Assembly (NCBI GenBank): GCA_965214095.1 | Contig: OZ243938.1 | Span: 3,232,001 to 3,296,000 of the forward strand | Reading direction: 5' to 3' | DNA from: Candidatus Poribacteria bacterium | GTDB taxonomy: Bacteria; Poribacteria; WGA-4E; WGA-3G | Length of the DNA stretch: 64,000 nt | Shown here: positions 31,554-40,629 of the stretch, piece after piece | Layout of the letters: every line of letters starts with the position of its first letter | Numbering within the stretch: the stretch's first letter is position 1 | Made by a program: the position numbers and the translations under genes | Notes under the pieces: model-generated | The model's database searches: none | The model's input: the letters and a program-made list of their open reading frames with translations, nothing else | Told to the model about the DNA's origin: nothing

Positions 31554-33896
31554 ATGAAAACAACCATATCCGCCATACTAACATTATTAATACTCATGTT
31601 CCTACCTTATGCAAACGCAGAAACACGCACACAAATCAACCTACCCGAAGGAGCCAAAGCACGCCTTGGTAAAGGCATAACAAAATCCATCACCTTTTCA
31701 CCCGACAACACCCAACTCGCCGTACATACCACAATAGGAATCTGGTTATACGATACAGACACAGCCGAACTACTCAACCTCTTCAGAGTGGATACGCATT
31801 TTTTTCCAGAATCCATAACGTTCAGTCCAGACGGTGACATAATCGCATCAAGCAACCGATTTAATCAAGTCCGACTATGGCACGTCGCCACAGGAGAAAT
31901 CCTACACACCTTTAGAATGCAAGGCGGAGGTTGGGTAACTGATGTTCAGTTCACAACAGACGGCAAAAAAGTCGCAAGCTTCACTAATAGGGAACCTTCT
32001 TTCATCGGTCTATGGGATACTGCCACAGGTAAAGACCTCCACGAACTTATGTATAATGGTCAAATCGTCAGCATAGCGATCAGTTCGGATGGCAAAAAAA
32101 TCGTAGGCACGAGTTCGGACCAGACGACTCAGGTTTGGGATATCATTACGGGAGAACACCTACATAGTCTCAACGGACACAAGGATATCGTGGGTGGTGC
32201 TGCGTTTAGACCGGATGGACACATCATCGCAACCAGAAGTGACGACACAACGATCCGCTTGTGGGACGCAAACACGGGAGAACACCTACACACGCTCCTC
32301 GGACATACGAAGAGGATAGGTGAGATAGTATTCAGTCCCGATGGCAATTACCTCGTCAGTGCGAGTGATGACACAACAATCAGGTTATGGGATCCAGCAA
32401 CAGGTGAACTCCTCCATACCTTTGAAGGACATGCGGATTTTGTCCGCACATTAACCATCAGTTCCGATAACAAAACAATCGTATCTGGAAGTTGGGACAA
32501 GACAGTCCAAACATGGGACATTGAAGCGAGGGAACACCGACAAACCCTCTCGCGCGAGAATTATGTCAATCAAGTTATTATCAGTCCGAATGGAGAAACT
32601 ATCGCAAGTGAGGGTGGTTCGGTTCGTCTCTGGAATGCAGAAACAGGAGAACTCCGTCATAGTATCGGTGGAAACATGTCTTGGATCAATGAAGTCGCTT
32701 TCGGTCCAGACGATAAAACCCTTGCAATTGCAAGTTGGAATTCACACCTCTATCTATTGGATATTGCTACAGGGGAATACATAAACACCTTAATAGGTCA
32801 TGAGTACGTGATCAATTCAGTCGCATATAGTCCTGACGGTAAAACTATAACAACTGGCAGCGACGACAAATCTGTCCGACTATGGAACGCAGAGACGGGT
32901 GAACTGATCAAAACCTTCACAGGACATACCGATGTTGTCTGGTCCGTAGCCTTCAGTTCAGATAGTAAGATACTCGCAAGCGGAGCTTTTGACACATCCA
33001 TCAGGTTATGGGATGTGGAAAAAGGTGAACAGATTGATGTCCTAAGAGGACATAATGATCGTGTCGTTAACATTGCGTTCAGTCCGGATGGTAAGACCCT
33101 CGCAAGTGCCAGCACCGACCACCTCGTTATGCTTTGGGATACTACCACACGGGAGCGTATCCACATACTCAGAGCTCATGATGATAATGTTTTTGAAGTC
33201 GCTTTCAGTCCGGATGGTAAGACCCTCGCAAGTGCCAGCAACGACGAAACTATTCGGCTATGGAACCCAGTCACAGGACAGAATACGCATACCTTTACAG
33301 AAAATTCAAATGAGGTCTATAAAAATCTCTATAGTGTAACGTTCAGCCATGACGGGAGTATCATCGCAGGTGGCACTGCCTACGGCACTATAAGTCTATG
33401 GGATATTGCCACGAAAGAACACCTCCGCACGTTCACTGGACATAATCGCACACCGGTGCGTTGCCTCGCCTTCAGTAGGGACGACAAAACGTTGGCAAGT
33501 AGCGCTTGGGATGGACAAGTCCTACTGTGGAATACCGCGCAATACACGCAATCCTTCGCAGTTGAACCGACTGATAAGCAGCTCACCACTTGGGGCAAGG
33601 TCAAGACAACCGCTGTCTACCAGAACTTTCCCAATCCTTTCAATCCAGAGACGTGGATACCTTATCAACTTGCGACGTCATCGGATGTATCCTTGACAAT
33701 ATACGACGTGCATGGTGTTGTTGTGCGGGATTTCCATTTAAGTCAACAACCAGCGGGTGTGTATAGGGATCGAGATCGTGCGTTGTATTGGGATGGTCGG
33801 AATACCCTTGGCGAAAGGGTCGCGAGCGGTATCTTCTTCTACAAGTTCATTACCGACGACTACACCACCTCCCGCAAAATGTTGATGTTAAAATAG
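31554..33896 (+). CDS. Secreted WD40-repeat protein with C-terminal FlgD-Ig / T9SS type A-like domain
   Basis: Signal peptide (start moved from 31533 to ATG 31554, RBS GAGGA), canonical GH...WD repeats, AVEPTDKQLTTWGKVK, QNFPNPFNPETWIPYQL...WDGRN..GERVASGIFFY. Confidence 0.88.
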   Translation: MKTTISAILTLLILMFLPYANAETRTQINLPEGAKARLGKGITKSITFSPDNTQLAVHTTIGIWLYDTDTAELLNLFRVDTHFFPESITFSPDGDIIASSNRFNQVRLWHVATGEILHTFRMQGGGWVTDVQFTTDGKKVASFTNREPSFIGLWDTATGKDLHELMYNGQIVSIAISSDGKKIVGTSSDQTTQVWDIITGEHLHSLNGHKDIVGGAAFRPDGHIIATRSDDTTIRLWDANTGEHLHTLLGHTKRIGEIVFSPDGNYLVSASDDTTIRLWDPATGELLHTFEGHADFVRTLTISSDNKTIVSGSWDKTVQTWDIEAREHRQTLSRENYVNQVIISPNGETIASEGGSVRLWNAETGELRHSIGGNMSWINEVAFGPDDKTLAIASWNSHLYLLDIATGEYINTLIGHEYVINSVAYSPDGKTITTGSDDKSVRLWNAETGELIKTFTGHTDVVWSVAFSSDSKILASGAFDTSIRLWDVEKGEQIDVLRGHNDRVVNIAFSPDGKTLASASTDHLVMLWDTTTRERIHILRAHDDNVFEVAFSPDGKTLASASNDETIRLWNPVTGQNTHTFTENSNEVYKNLYSVTFSHDGSIIAGGTAYGTISLWDIATKEHLRTFTGHNRTPVRCLAFSRDDKTLASSAWDGQVLLWNTAQYTQSFAVEPTDKQLTTWGKVKTTAVYQNFPNPFNPETWIPYQLATSSDVSLTIYDVHGVVVRDFHLSQQPAGVYRDRDRALYWDGRNTLGERVASGIFFYKFITDDYTTSRKMLMLK

Positions 33897-33996
33897 GATC
33901 ATAGGCGAGGTCCCCTTGTCCGCACAATAAACAGGGAAAACTGTGGGGAGAGCCTATCCATACACAACGGTAAATCCTGATTAAGTAAATCAACAT

Positions 33997-34028
33997 GTCA
34001 GACTTCGCTCCGCTCACGCCGACCTACG
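33997..34028 (-). repeat. Single GTAG REP-like palindrome (third family)
   Basis: Minus strand CGTAGGTCGGCGTGAGCGGAGCGAAGTCTGAC. Confidence 0.45.
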
Positions 34029-34095
34029 AAGATTGGTAGTTTCAGCGATTCCGATGAGCAAGCCACATATTTCGCGCTTATGGTATTGCATGAAA

Positions 34096-34184
34096 AAGAG
34101 AGGATAATGGTATAATATCTATACATTATCTTCTCTTCCTCTTTTTTGAAAAAACTTGAGACTATTTCGCCTCATACCGAGTCA
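34096..34184 (+). promoter_or_regulatory. Extended -10 within an inverted repeat, followed by ECF-type promoter
   Basis: AAGAGAGGATAATG/CATTATCTTCTCTT arms around TATAAT (34111-34116); TTGAGAC-N17-AGTCA (34156-34184). Confidence 0.6.
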
Positions 34185-34230
34185 CTATATGCTGATGTGA
34201 AATGATGAACTCCTTTTCCAGAGGTTTTCA

Positions 34231-37200
34231 ATGAAAAATGCTGATGTTGAACTCATCCAACGTGTCCTTGATGGTGATGATACTGCGTTTACCGAACTGG
34301 TTAAGAAATACCAGAAATCTGTTCACGCGCTTGCATGGCGGAAGGTTCAAGACTTCCACATTGCAGAGGATATCACACAAGAAACATTCCTAAAGGTATA
34401 TCGGAATCTGTCAACACTGAAGGAACCCCAATCTTTTGCAAGTTGGTTGTATGTCATAGCAACAAACCACTGCAAGACGTGGCTTAGTAAGAAGCAAGTG
34501 TGGACACAATCGTTGGATAACTTCAATAGCGCAGAATTGGAAAAAGCAACCTATTCCAGCTATGTCAGTGCGGAAAACGAGCGGGTATCAGTAGAAGCGC
34601 AGCGTGAAGTTGTCAAAAAGTTACTTGCTAAGTTGCAGGAGAGTGACCGCACGGTCATAACGCTCTATTACCTCGGGGGAATGACGTATGAAGAGATAAG
34701 CAAGTTTTTAGGTGTATCGGTAAGTGCAATCAAGAACCGTCTCTACCGAGCACGCCAGTTTCTAAAGAAGGAGGAACCTATGATAAGAGAAGCTTTAGAG
34801 AATTACCAAATCACTCCAAATCTCACTGAGAACATCATGCAAGAAATATCTCGTCTCAGACCTACACCTTCCACCAGCAAACCCCTCGTGCCGTGGACAG
34901 TTGCTGCTGCAAGTGCAGTCTTAATTGTGTTACTACTTGGCATAGGTAGTCAGAACTTAGTCCATTTCCAACATCCTTATTCATTAGATGCACAAGCAGA
35001 GATGACGGTTGAACTTGTTGACACACCGATTGTGCTAAATATAGATGCAGAACCAGATGTTAGAAATCAATTTGGCAGTATAAATCCTGCTGGTGATAAT
35101 GAGAATGAAGGTCAGAAACCAGATGAAGTTTTGTTGGCTGCCGCAGAAACTGAAACAGATGACAAGGTATCCACATCCAAACAGCAGTGGATTCAATCTG
35201 AACCTATCAAAGGAAGTAGAGTACATAACCTCCATGTTACATCTGAAGGAGAACTCTACGTACTTACTAATACCAATAATGATCCTATCTACAAATTGTC
35301 TGCCAACGGTAACAACTGGTTACATATCTTTGACACTAAGTCATTGGATATTAAAGGTTGGTTAGGAAGTCGCATTGTAAAGTGGAACAATACGTTGTAC
35401 TATGTGCCATCTCATCAACTCTTCGCTATTAATGATGATAGCAAAACGGGTGATTTAATTTACACCTGGGATGGTAACAAATATGTGGAACCCGTTGAAT
35501 TCATTGTAACAGAAGGCACTTTTTATATCGCATTTAGGAATGGAATTTTGCGTTCCGAAGACAATGGTAGAACATGGGAGGAAATTAATGATGGATTAAT
35601 GGATGGAATTAGATCCTTAGTCAAAATCCAAAACACTCTGTTTGTTGGGACAGAAAATGGACTCTACCGTTTAATAGGTGACATCTGGCAACATGTGGAA
35701 TTCGCAGCACCTGTCGGCTGGATCCGTTCAATTGCAGTGACTGAAGATAATCTCTATGTTGCAGCAGACATAAACCGTCGTGCAGTTCCCCTTGAAGAGT
35801 GGTACACCTGGTGGGTATTCCGATCAACTGACATGGGGAACTCGTGGAGAAATATTACACCTAAAAATGCATGGTCTGTAAAGGAGGTCATTCCCTTTGT
35901 TAAACTTATTGCTGTTGGCGAAACACTCTTAATCAGCTGGAGAGATGTTGGTTTAGTACGCTCTACCGATAGTGGAGATACATGGATGCCTGTACAAGAA
36001 CCCAATTCTTACCCCAACATAGGCACTCATACCCCTGCTGTAGCCTTAAATGAACAAACTTTTTATATTGCAAGTGATGATGATGGACTGCATCGTTCCA
36101 TTGACGGTGGTAAGTCGTGGCATGCTATAAACATAGATCGTAAAAGTAAATTTCAGATGGATGACATAATTGCCAATAGAGGATTTGGTAAAGTGGAAAA
36201 CATGCCTACGGCAGTCTATGCGAAAGTTGGAAAAGAAATTGTGAAAACAACCGATAAGGGAAAATTCTGGAATACTGTTCAAATGGAAGAACCAAAGACT
36301 TCACGGGCAACAGTAGAAAGACCTTTTATTACCCAGATAGTCAAATCTGGAGATATTATCTATGCTAAAGGTGGAGATTCCTATGGTGATGGCAGTAGGT
36401 ATTCTTCAGGTGATGGTATTACACGTCTCTACCACATTTCTACAGATGACAATATCCTAAGACGAGTTCCAGACATTCCAATTTTTGATGCTAAACCATT
36501 AAGATTCCATTTGGCGGGAAGAACAACAAACTCTTTTGACTCACCAGAAGAAGAAGAAAAGTTCATAAAACGGATACAAAAAAGTACTGGTGGAGCAACT
36601 CAATTTTTCAAACATTTAGCTAAATGGGATCCAAAACAACCAGATTTCTATATGAAATTGGGGTTTCACGGACCGTTTGCAGTCAGTGCCAATACCTTTT
36701 ATTTGGAATATAACTTCAAACTCTTTCGGTACAAGAAGGGTGAGAGAGAATGGTCCGATACAGGGGTGGAAGAAACCATCGAGTTAACCTTGGATATAGC
36801 AGTGAAAAATCTCAAACTTGCCGTTTCAGGGAACACTGTCTATGTCGGCAAACGGGATGGCACTCTCTTACAGTCATTTGATGCCGGAACCAATTGGATT
36901 GATCTCACACCAGTACTACCATTCCCAGTAAAAGCATTCAAAGATATCGTGATTGTTAATGATACAGTGTATGTAGCAACAGATGCAGGTGTCACCACAT
37001 CAGATCGTGGAAATAATTGGGGTGTTATTACCGATTCAGAAGGCACAAATCTCAATATGGACATACTGACTGCTGATGGTACGATACTTTATGCTGTTTC
37101 CCAAGATACTGGTATCTATCGCTTGGAAAATGATACATGGAATCAGATTGTTTCAGAGATTCCAGAAAACATAACATCTCTCGCTGTCAATGGAAACACA

Positions 37201-37254
37201 TTATTTATTAGCACTGAAAGAAACGGAATGTTCCATTTTACTCTTGATGAATAA
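34231..37254 (+). CDS. ECF sigma factor - TM - Asp-box/BNR beta-propeller fusion
   Basis: Same architecture. Confidence 0.92.
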   Translation: MKNADVELIQRVLDGDDTAFTELVKKYQKSVHALAWRKVQDFHIAEDITQETFLKVYRNLSTLKEPQSFASWLYVIATNHCKTWLSKKQVWTQSLDNFNSAELEKATYSSYVSAENERVSVEAQREVVKKLLAKLQESDRTVITLYYLGGMTYEEISKFLGVSVSAIKNRLYRARQFLKKEEPMIREALENYQITPNLTENIMQEISRLRPTPSTSKPLVPWTVAAASAVLIVLLLGIGSQNLVHFQHPYSLDAQAEMTVELVDTPIVLNIDAEPDVRNQFGSINPAGDNENEGQKPDEVLLAAAETETDDKVSTSKQQWIQSEPIKGSRVHNLHVTSEGELYVLTNTNNDPIYKLSANGNNWLHIFDTKSLDIKGWLGSRIVKWNNTLYYVPSHQLFAINDDSKTGDLIYTWDGNKYVEPVEFIVTEGTFYIAFRNGILRSEDNGRTWEEINDGLMDGIRSLVKIQNTLFVGTENGLYRLIGDIWQHVEFAAPVGWIRSIAVTEDNLYVAADINRRAVPLEEWYTWWVFRSTDMGNSWRNITPKNAWSVKEVIPFVKLIAVGETLLISWRDVGLVRSTDSGDTWMPVQEPNSYPNIGTHTPAVALNEQTFYIASDDDGLHRSIDGGKSWHAINIDRKSKFQMDDIIANRGFGKVENMPTAVYAKVGKEIVKTTDKGKFWNTVQMEEPKTSRATVERPFITQIVKSGDIIYAKGGDSYGDGSRYSSGDGITRLYHISTDDNILRRVPDIPIFDAKPLRFHLAGRTTNSFDSPEEEEKFIKRIQKSTGGATQFFKHLAKWDPKQPDFYMKLGFHGPFAVSANTFYLEYNFKLFRYKKGEREWSDTGVEETIELTLDIAVKNLKLAVSGNTVYVGKRDGTLLQSFDAGTNWIDLTPVLPFPVKAFKDIVIVNDTVYVATDAGVTTSDRGNNWGVITDSEGTNLNMDILTADGTILYAVSQDTGIYRLENDTWNQIVSEIPENITSLAVNGNTLFISTERNGMFHFTLDE

Positions 37255-37336
37255 AATTCATTTTCTGGCCGGTGTCAAACACCGTCAATCTCATCTCTAT
37301 TATCCTTTTCTCCAAATTTCTCTTAATGCAGAATTA

Positions 37337-37365
37337 TGCAACCGTTTTACACCTAATTTGAGGCA
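37337..37365 (+). promoter_or_regulatory. ECF-type promoter with altered -10
   Basis: TGCAACC-N17-AGGCA (sister copy at 50613 has AGTCA). Confidence 0.5.
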
Positions 37366-37417
37366 TAATAGTTTGATATGTGTTTGCTCAAACTTTTGCA
37401 TAATGGAGACACACCTG

Positions 37418-37894
37418 ATGAAAAACGACGGTGCACTTATTAGACAAATACTCAGCGGTGATCAAATCGCTTTCGTTGGACTCGTGAAAAAGTATCAAAA
37501 ACAAGTTCACGTACTAGCATGGCGGAAGATTGGAGATTTCCACATTGCCGAGGACATTACCCAGGATGTCTTTTTGAAAGTATATCAGAAACTTCACACT
37601 CTGAAAGATCCGAATCAGTTTTCTGGGTTGCTCTACGTCGTGACAACTAACCTATGCAATACATGGCTCAGTAAAAATCGGGATCATTACCAGGTATCAG
37701 AAGATATTGAGACAACTATGATAGAAAGAGACGTATATTCCCGACATATAACAGAAGAGCGAGTTAAGACCACTCTTGAAGCACAACGTGAAGTGGTCAA
37801 GAGATTACTTGCTAAGTTGAAAGAAAGTGAACGCACGGTAATGACTCTCCATTATCTCGGCGAGATGACAGTAGAAGAGATTAGCAAGTTCTAA
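37418..37894 (+). pseudogene. Truncated ECF sigma part of a split fusion gene (nonsense in sigma4)
   Basis: ATG 37418 matches paralog 50692; TTA(L) to TAA at 37892-37894; frame continues GVSAGTIKSRLQRAR into 37964; conserved sigma2 W changed to L (FSGLLYV). Confidence 0.85.
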
Positions 37895-37963
37895 GGGGTT
37901 TCTGCTGGAACGATAAAGAGCCGACTTCAACGAGCGCGTAACCGTCTACAGAAGGAGGAAACA

Positions 37964-40264
37964 ATGATTAGAGAAGCACTCAACCATTTTCAAATTTCAC
38001 CAAACCTAACTGAGAACATCATGCAAGAAATATCACGTCTCAAACCTACACCTCCCACCAGCAAACCACTTGTGCCGTGGGCAGTTGCTGGTGCAAGTGC
38101 TATCTTAATATTGTTGATGCTTGGTATAGGCAGCCAGAATTTAGTTCGTTTTCAGCAACCTTATACAATAGATGCACAAGCAGAAACAACAGTTGAACTT
38201 GTTGATGCACCTATTGTGCTAAATCTTGATACGAAACCAGATGTCCGAAATCAATTGGGAAACTCAAATGCGTTGGGTATAAGTGAGAGTGAAGGTCAGA
38301 AACCAGATGAAGTCCTGTTGGCTGCTGCACAGGTGGAAGAAAAAGATGTTTCAGATCCGAAACAACAGTGGAATCTGGCTGTTCCCATAAAAGGGAGTTT
38401 TGTAAGTGGTATGACAATCAATTCTAGTGGTGATATTTTCACTTATAATCATGGACTTATCTTTAAATTATCGTCTGATAAGAAGGAGTGGGAGTACATC
38501 CCCACTGCACATAGACTTAATATCACTCATAGTAAGTCTACACATATGAGACTAAAAGAATGGAACAGTACACTTTATCTCCTTCTAATCGAAAAACTCC
38601 TTACTTCAAAGGATGAAGGTATGACATGGGAACTGCTTTACACCTTCCCAATAGATCGGAATCGTGGACCGTTTGACTTCATAGCATCAGAACAGGCGTT
38701 ATTTGCCATCTTTTCAGACAATACTGTATTCCGTTCTGAAGACAATGGAAATACATGGAATATAGTCACCAATGAATTCCCAAAAGCACTAAACACTTTA
38801 GTAGTAGTGCAAGACATCATGTTTGCTGGAACACGTACAGGATTGTATCGTAAGAACATAGATGGATGGGAACACTTGAAATTTCCAACATCCAGGAATA
38901 TAGAAGTAACTTCAATCTTATCAATTAAGGATCAACTCTATGCTACTGGGTTACCAAACCCTTATTCGGAAAAGGATCAAAATCGGTGGATTTTTCGTTC
39001 AATTGACCTCGGTGATTCATGGGATGACATAACACCTACGATCACTTGGTCGAAAAACAGATGGCCACCAGGAATTACTCTCATTGCGACTGATGATACA
39101 CTCTTGGTAATGGAAAAGGGCATGGTTCTTTCAAAGGATAGTGGAGATACATGGTTATCACCACCATTAACAGGAACTACTCCGACAATGCAAAGGTTTA
39201 GTCCATTTGTTGTGACTGATGATTGTGTCATTTATGTTGGTAGTCCGGAGGATGGTCTATTCCGTTCAACGGATAAAGGCAATTCATGGAAAGCAATCAA
39301 TGTTCAACCAGTTGTTCCACGAATACATAACCTAATCGCATATAAGAGAAGTGACAATACACAGAACACACCATCGGACCTCTATGGTCTTCACTTAGGA
39401 GAGATAGCAAATACTACAAACAAAGGCAAATCTTGGCAAGTCGTTCGAATGGGAAAAGAAATGACAGATAATCCTAACATAATAGGAGTACCTCCAACTA
39501 TCAGTAAAATTGTCAAACACGGTGATATTCTCTATGCAAGAGGTACGGATCTCGTCATGGGAGACATGCTTATCTATCGCGTATCCCGTGATGATAGGAC
39601 GCTTGTACCGATACAAGGGATGCCTGTTCTTAACGCGAAGAGTAATCTTAGAAAAGACCGTATTCAAGAGGGATTAGAGGGAGTCTGCGCTGTTGACAAC
39701 GACACATTCTATATTGAATATAACTATAAACTATTCCGTTGGAAGCAAGGTGATACGGATTGGTTCGACACTGGACTGGAAGAAACCTTACATTTACCTA
39801 AGGACATTTTAAGGAGAACTCTTAAACTGGCGGTTTCAGGGAACACTGTCTATGTCGGTAAACGCGATGGACATTTGTTCGTATCGTATGATTCCGGAGA
39901 AAACTGGATAGACCTCACACCAGCTCTGCCATTCACCGTTAAGTCCTTCAAAGGCATTGTGACTGCTGGTTCCACCGTATATGTCGCAACAGACACAGGT
40001 ATCATCACATCTGATAATGGAAGAAATTGGACTACTATCACAGATACGGATGGAATCAATCTCAAAATCGACTACATGGCTATTGATGACACAACACTCT
40101 ATGGAGTTACAAAGGATACTGGTATCTATCGATTGGAAAATGGCACATGGAATCAGATTGTGTCAGAGATACCAGAGAGAATAACATCTCTCGCTGTTGA
40201 TGGAAACACCTTATATGTAGGAACACAGGATCAAGGTATGCTTCACTATAATCTCAGTGAATAA
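37964..40264 (+). CDS. Linker - TM - Asp-box beta-propeller (3' part of split gene, intact 766 aa)
   Basis: Open frame preceded by AAGGAGG-N5-ATG. Confidence 0.7.
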   Translation: MIREALNHFQISPNLTENIMQEISRLKPTPPTSKPLVPWAVAGASAILILLMLGIGSQNLVRFQQPYTIDAQAETTVELVDAPIVLNLDTKPDVRNQLGNSNALGISESEGQKPDEVLLAAAQVEEKDVSDPKQQWNLAVPIKGSFVSGMTINSSGDIFTYNHGLIFKLSSDKKEWEYIPTAHRLNITHSKSTHMRLKEWNSTLYLLLIEKLLTSKDEGMTWELLYTFPIDRNRGPFDFIASEQALFAIFSDNTVFRSEDNGNTWNIVTNEFPKALNTLVVVQDIMFAGTRTGLYRKNIDGWEHLKFPTSRNIEVTSILSIKDQLYATGLPNPYSEKDQNRWIFRSIDLGDSWDDITPTITWSKNRWPPGITLIATDDTLLVMEKGMVLSKDSGDTWLSPPLTGTTPTMQRFSPFVVTDDCVIYVGSPEDGLFRSTDKGNSWKAINVQPVVPRIHNLIAYKRSDNTQNTPSDLYGLHLGEIANTTNKGKSWQVVRMGKEMTDNPNIIGVPPTISKIVKHGDILYARGTDLVMGDMLIYRVSRDDRTLVPIQGMPVLNAKSNLRKDRIQEGLEGVCAVDNDTFYIEYNYKLFRWKQGDTDWFDTGLEETLHLPKDILRRTLKLAVSGNTVYVGKRDGHLFVSYDSGENWIDLTPALPFTVKSFKGIVTAGSTVYVATDTGIITSDNGRNWTTITDTDGINLKIDYMAIDDTTLYGVTKDTGIYRLENGTWNQIVSEIPERITSLAVDGNTLYVGTQDQGMLHYNLSE

Positions 40265-40281
40265 GTAGATTTGCGCAAATG

Positions 40282-40428
40282 CACAATCTTGTCGGCGCGC
40301 TTTTTATGGTGAGGCATACGAATTATATCTACACTTTCTATGAACGGTAGACGAGGTTTCCTAACCTCGCCTTAGCAATGTGTAGAATTATTTCAATAAT
40401 TTACCATAAATGCACCGACAAGATTGTG
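40282..40428. repeat. Nested palindrome: terminator-like hairpin interrupted by a REP-containing insert
   Basis: CACAATCTTGTCGG/CCGACAAGATTGTG plus T-tract; inner TTTATGGT/ACCATAAA; central REP CGGTAGACGAGGTTTCCTAACCTCGCC (40345-40371). Confidence 0.6.
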
Positions 40429-40476
40429 TTTTTATACTTTTACATTTCCTATAAATAGACTACGACTAACTCATCC

Positions 40477-40580
40477 TTGACAAACCCACCTAATTTGGTA
40501 GAATAGTATCTCACTGTTTCCGACCAACTAATCTGTAAACCTGAAAAATTATGCAACCGTTCTCCTCCTAACTTGCGTCA
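40477..40580 (+). promoter_or_regulatory. Tandem sigma70 and ECF-type promoters
   Basis: TTGACA-N16-TAGAAT (40477-40504) and TGCAACC-N17-CGTCA (40552-40580). Confidence 0.7.
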
Positions 40581-40629
40581 TTTAGTTTGATACGTAATTA
40601 ATCAAACTATTGATTTCTGGAGATACCTT

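Noticed and set aside
37190-37417. N-terminal extension of ORF 37190..37894
   Set aside because: Overlaps the previous gene and the promoter region; the true start is ATG 37418 by homology to 50692.
37892-37894. Programmed readthrough or recoded stop
   Set aside because: TAA terminates most genes here, paralogs have TTA, and other lesions accompany it.
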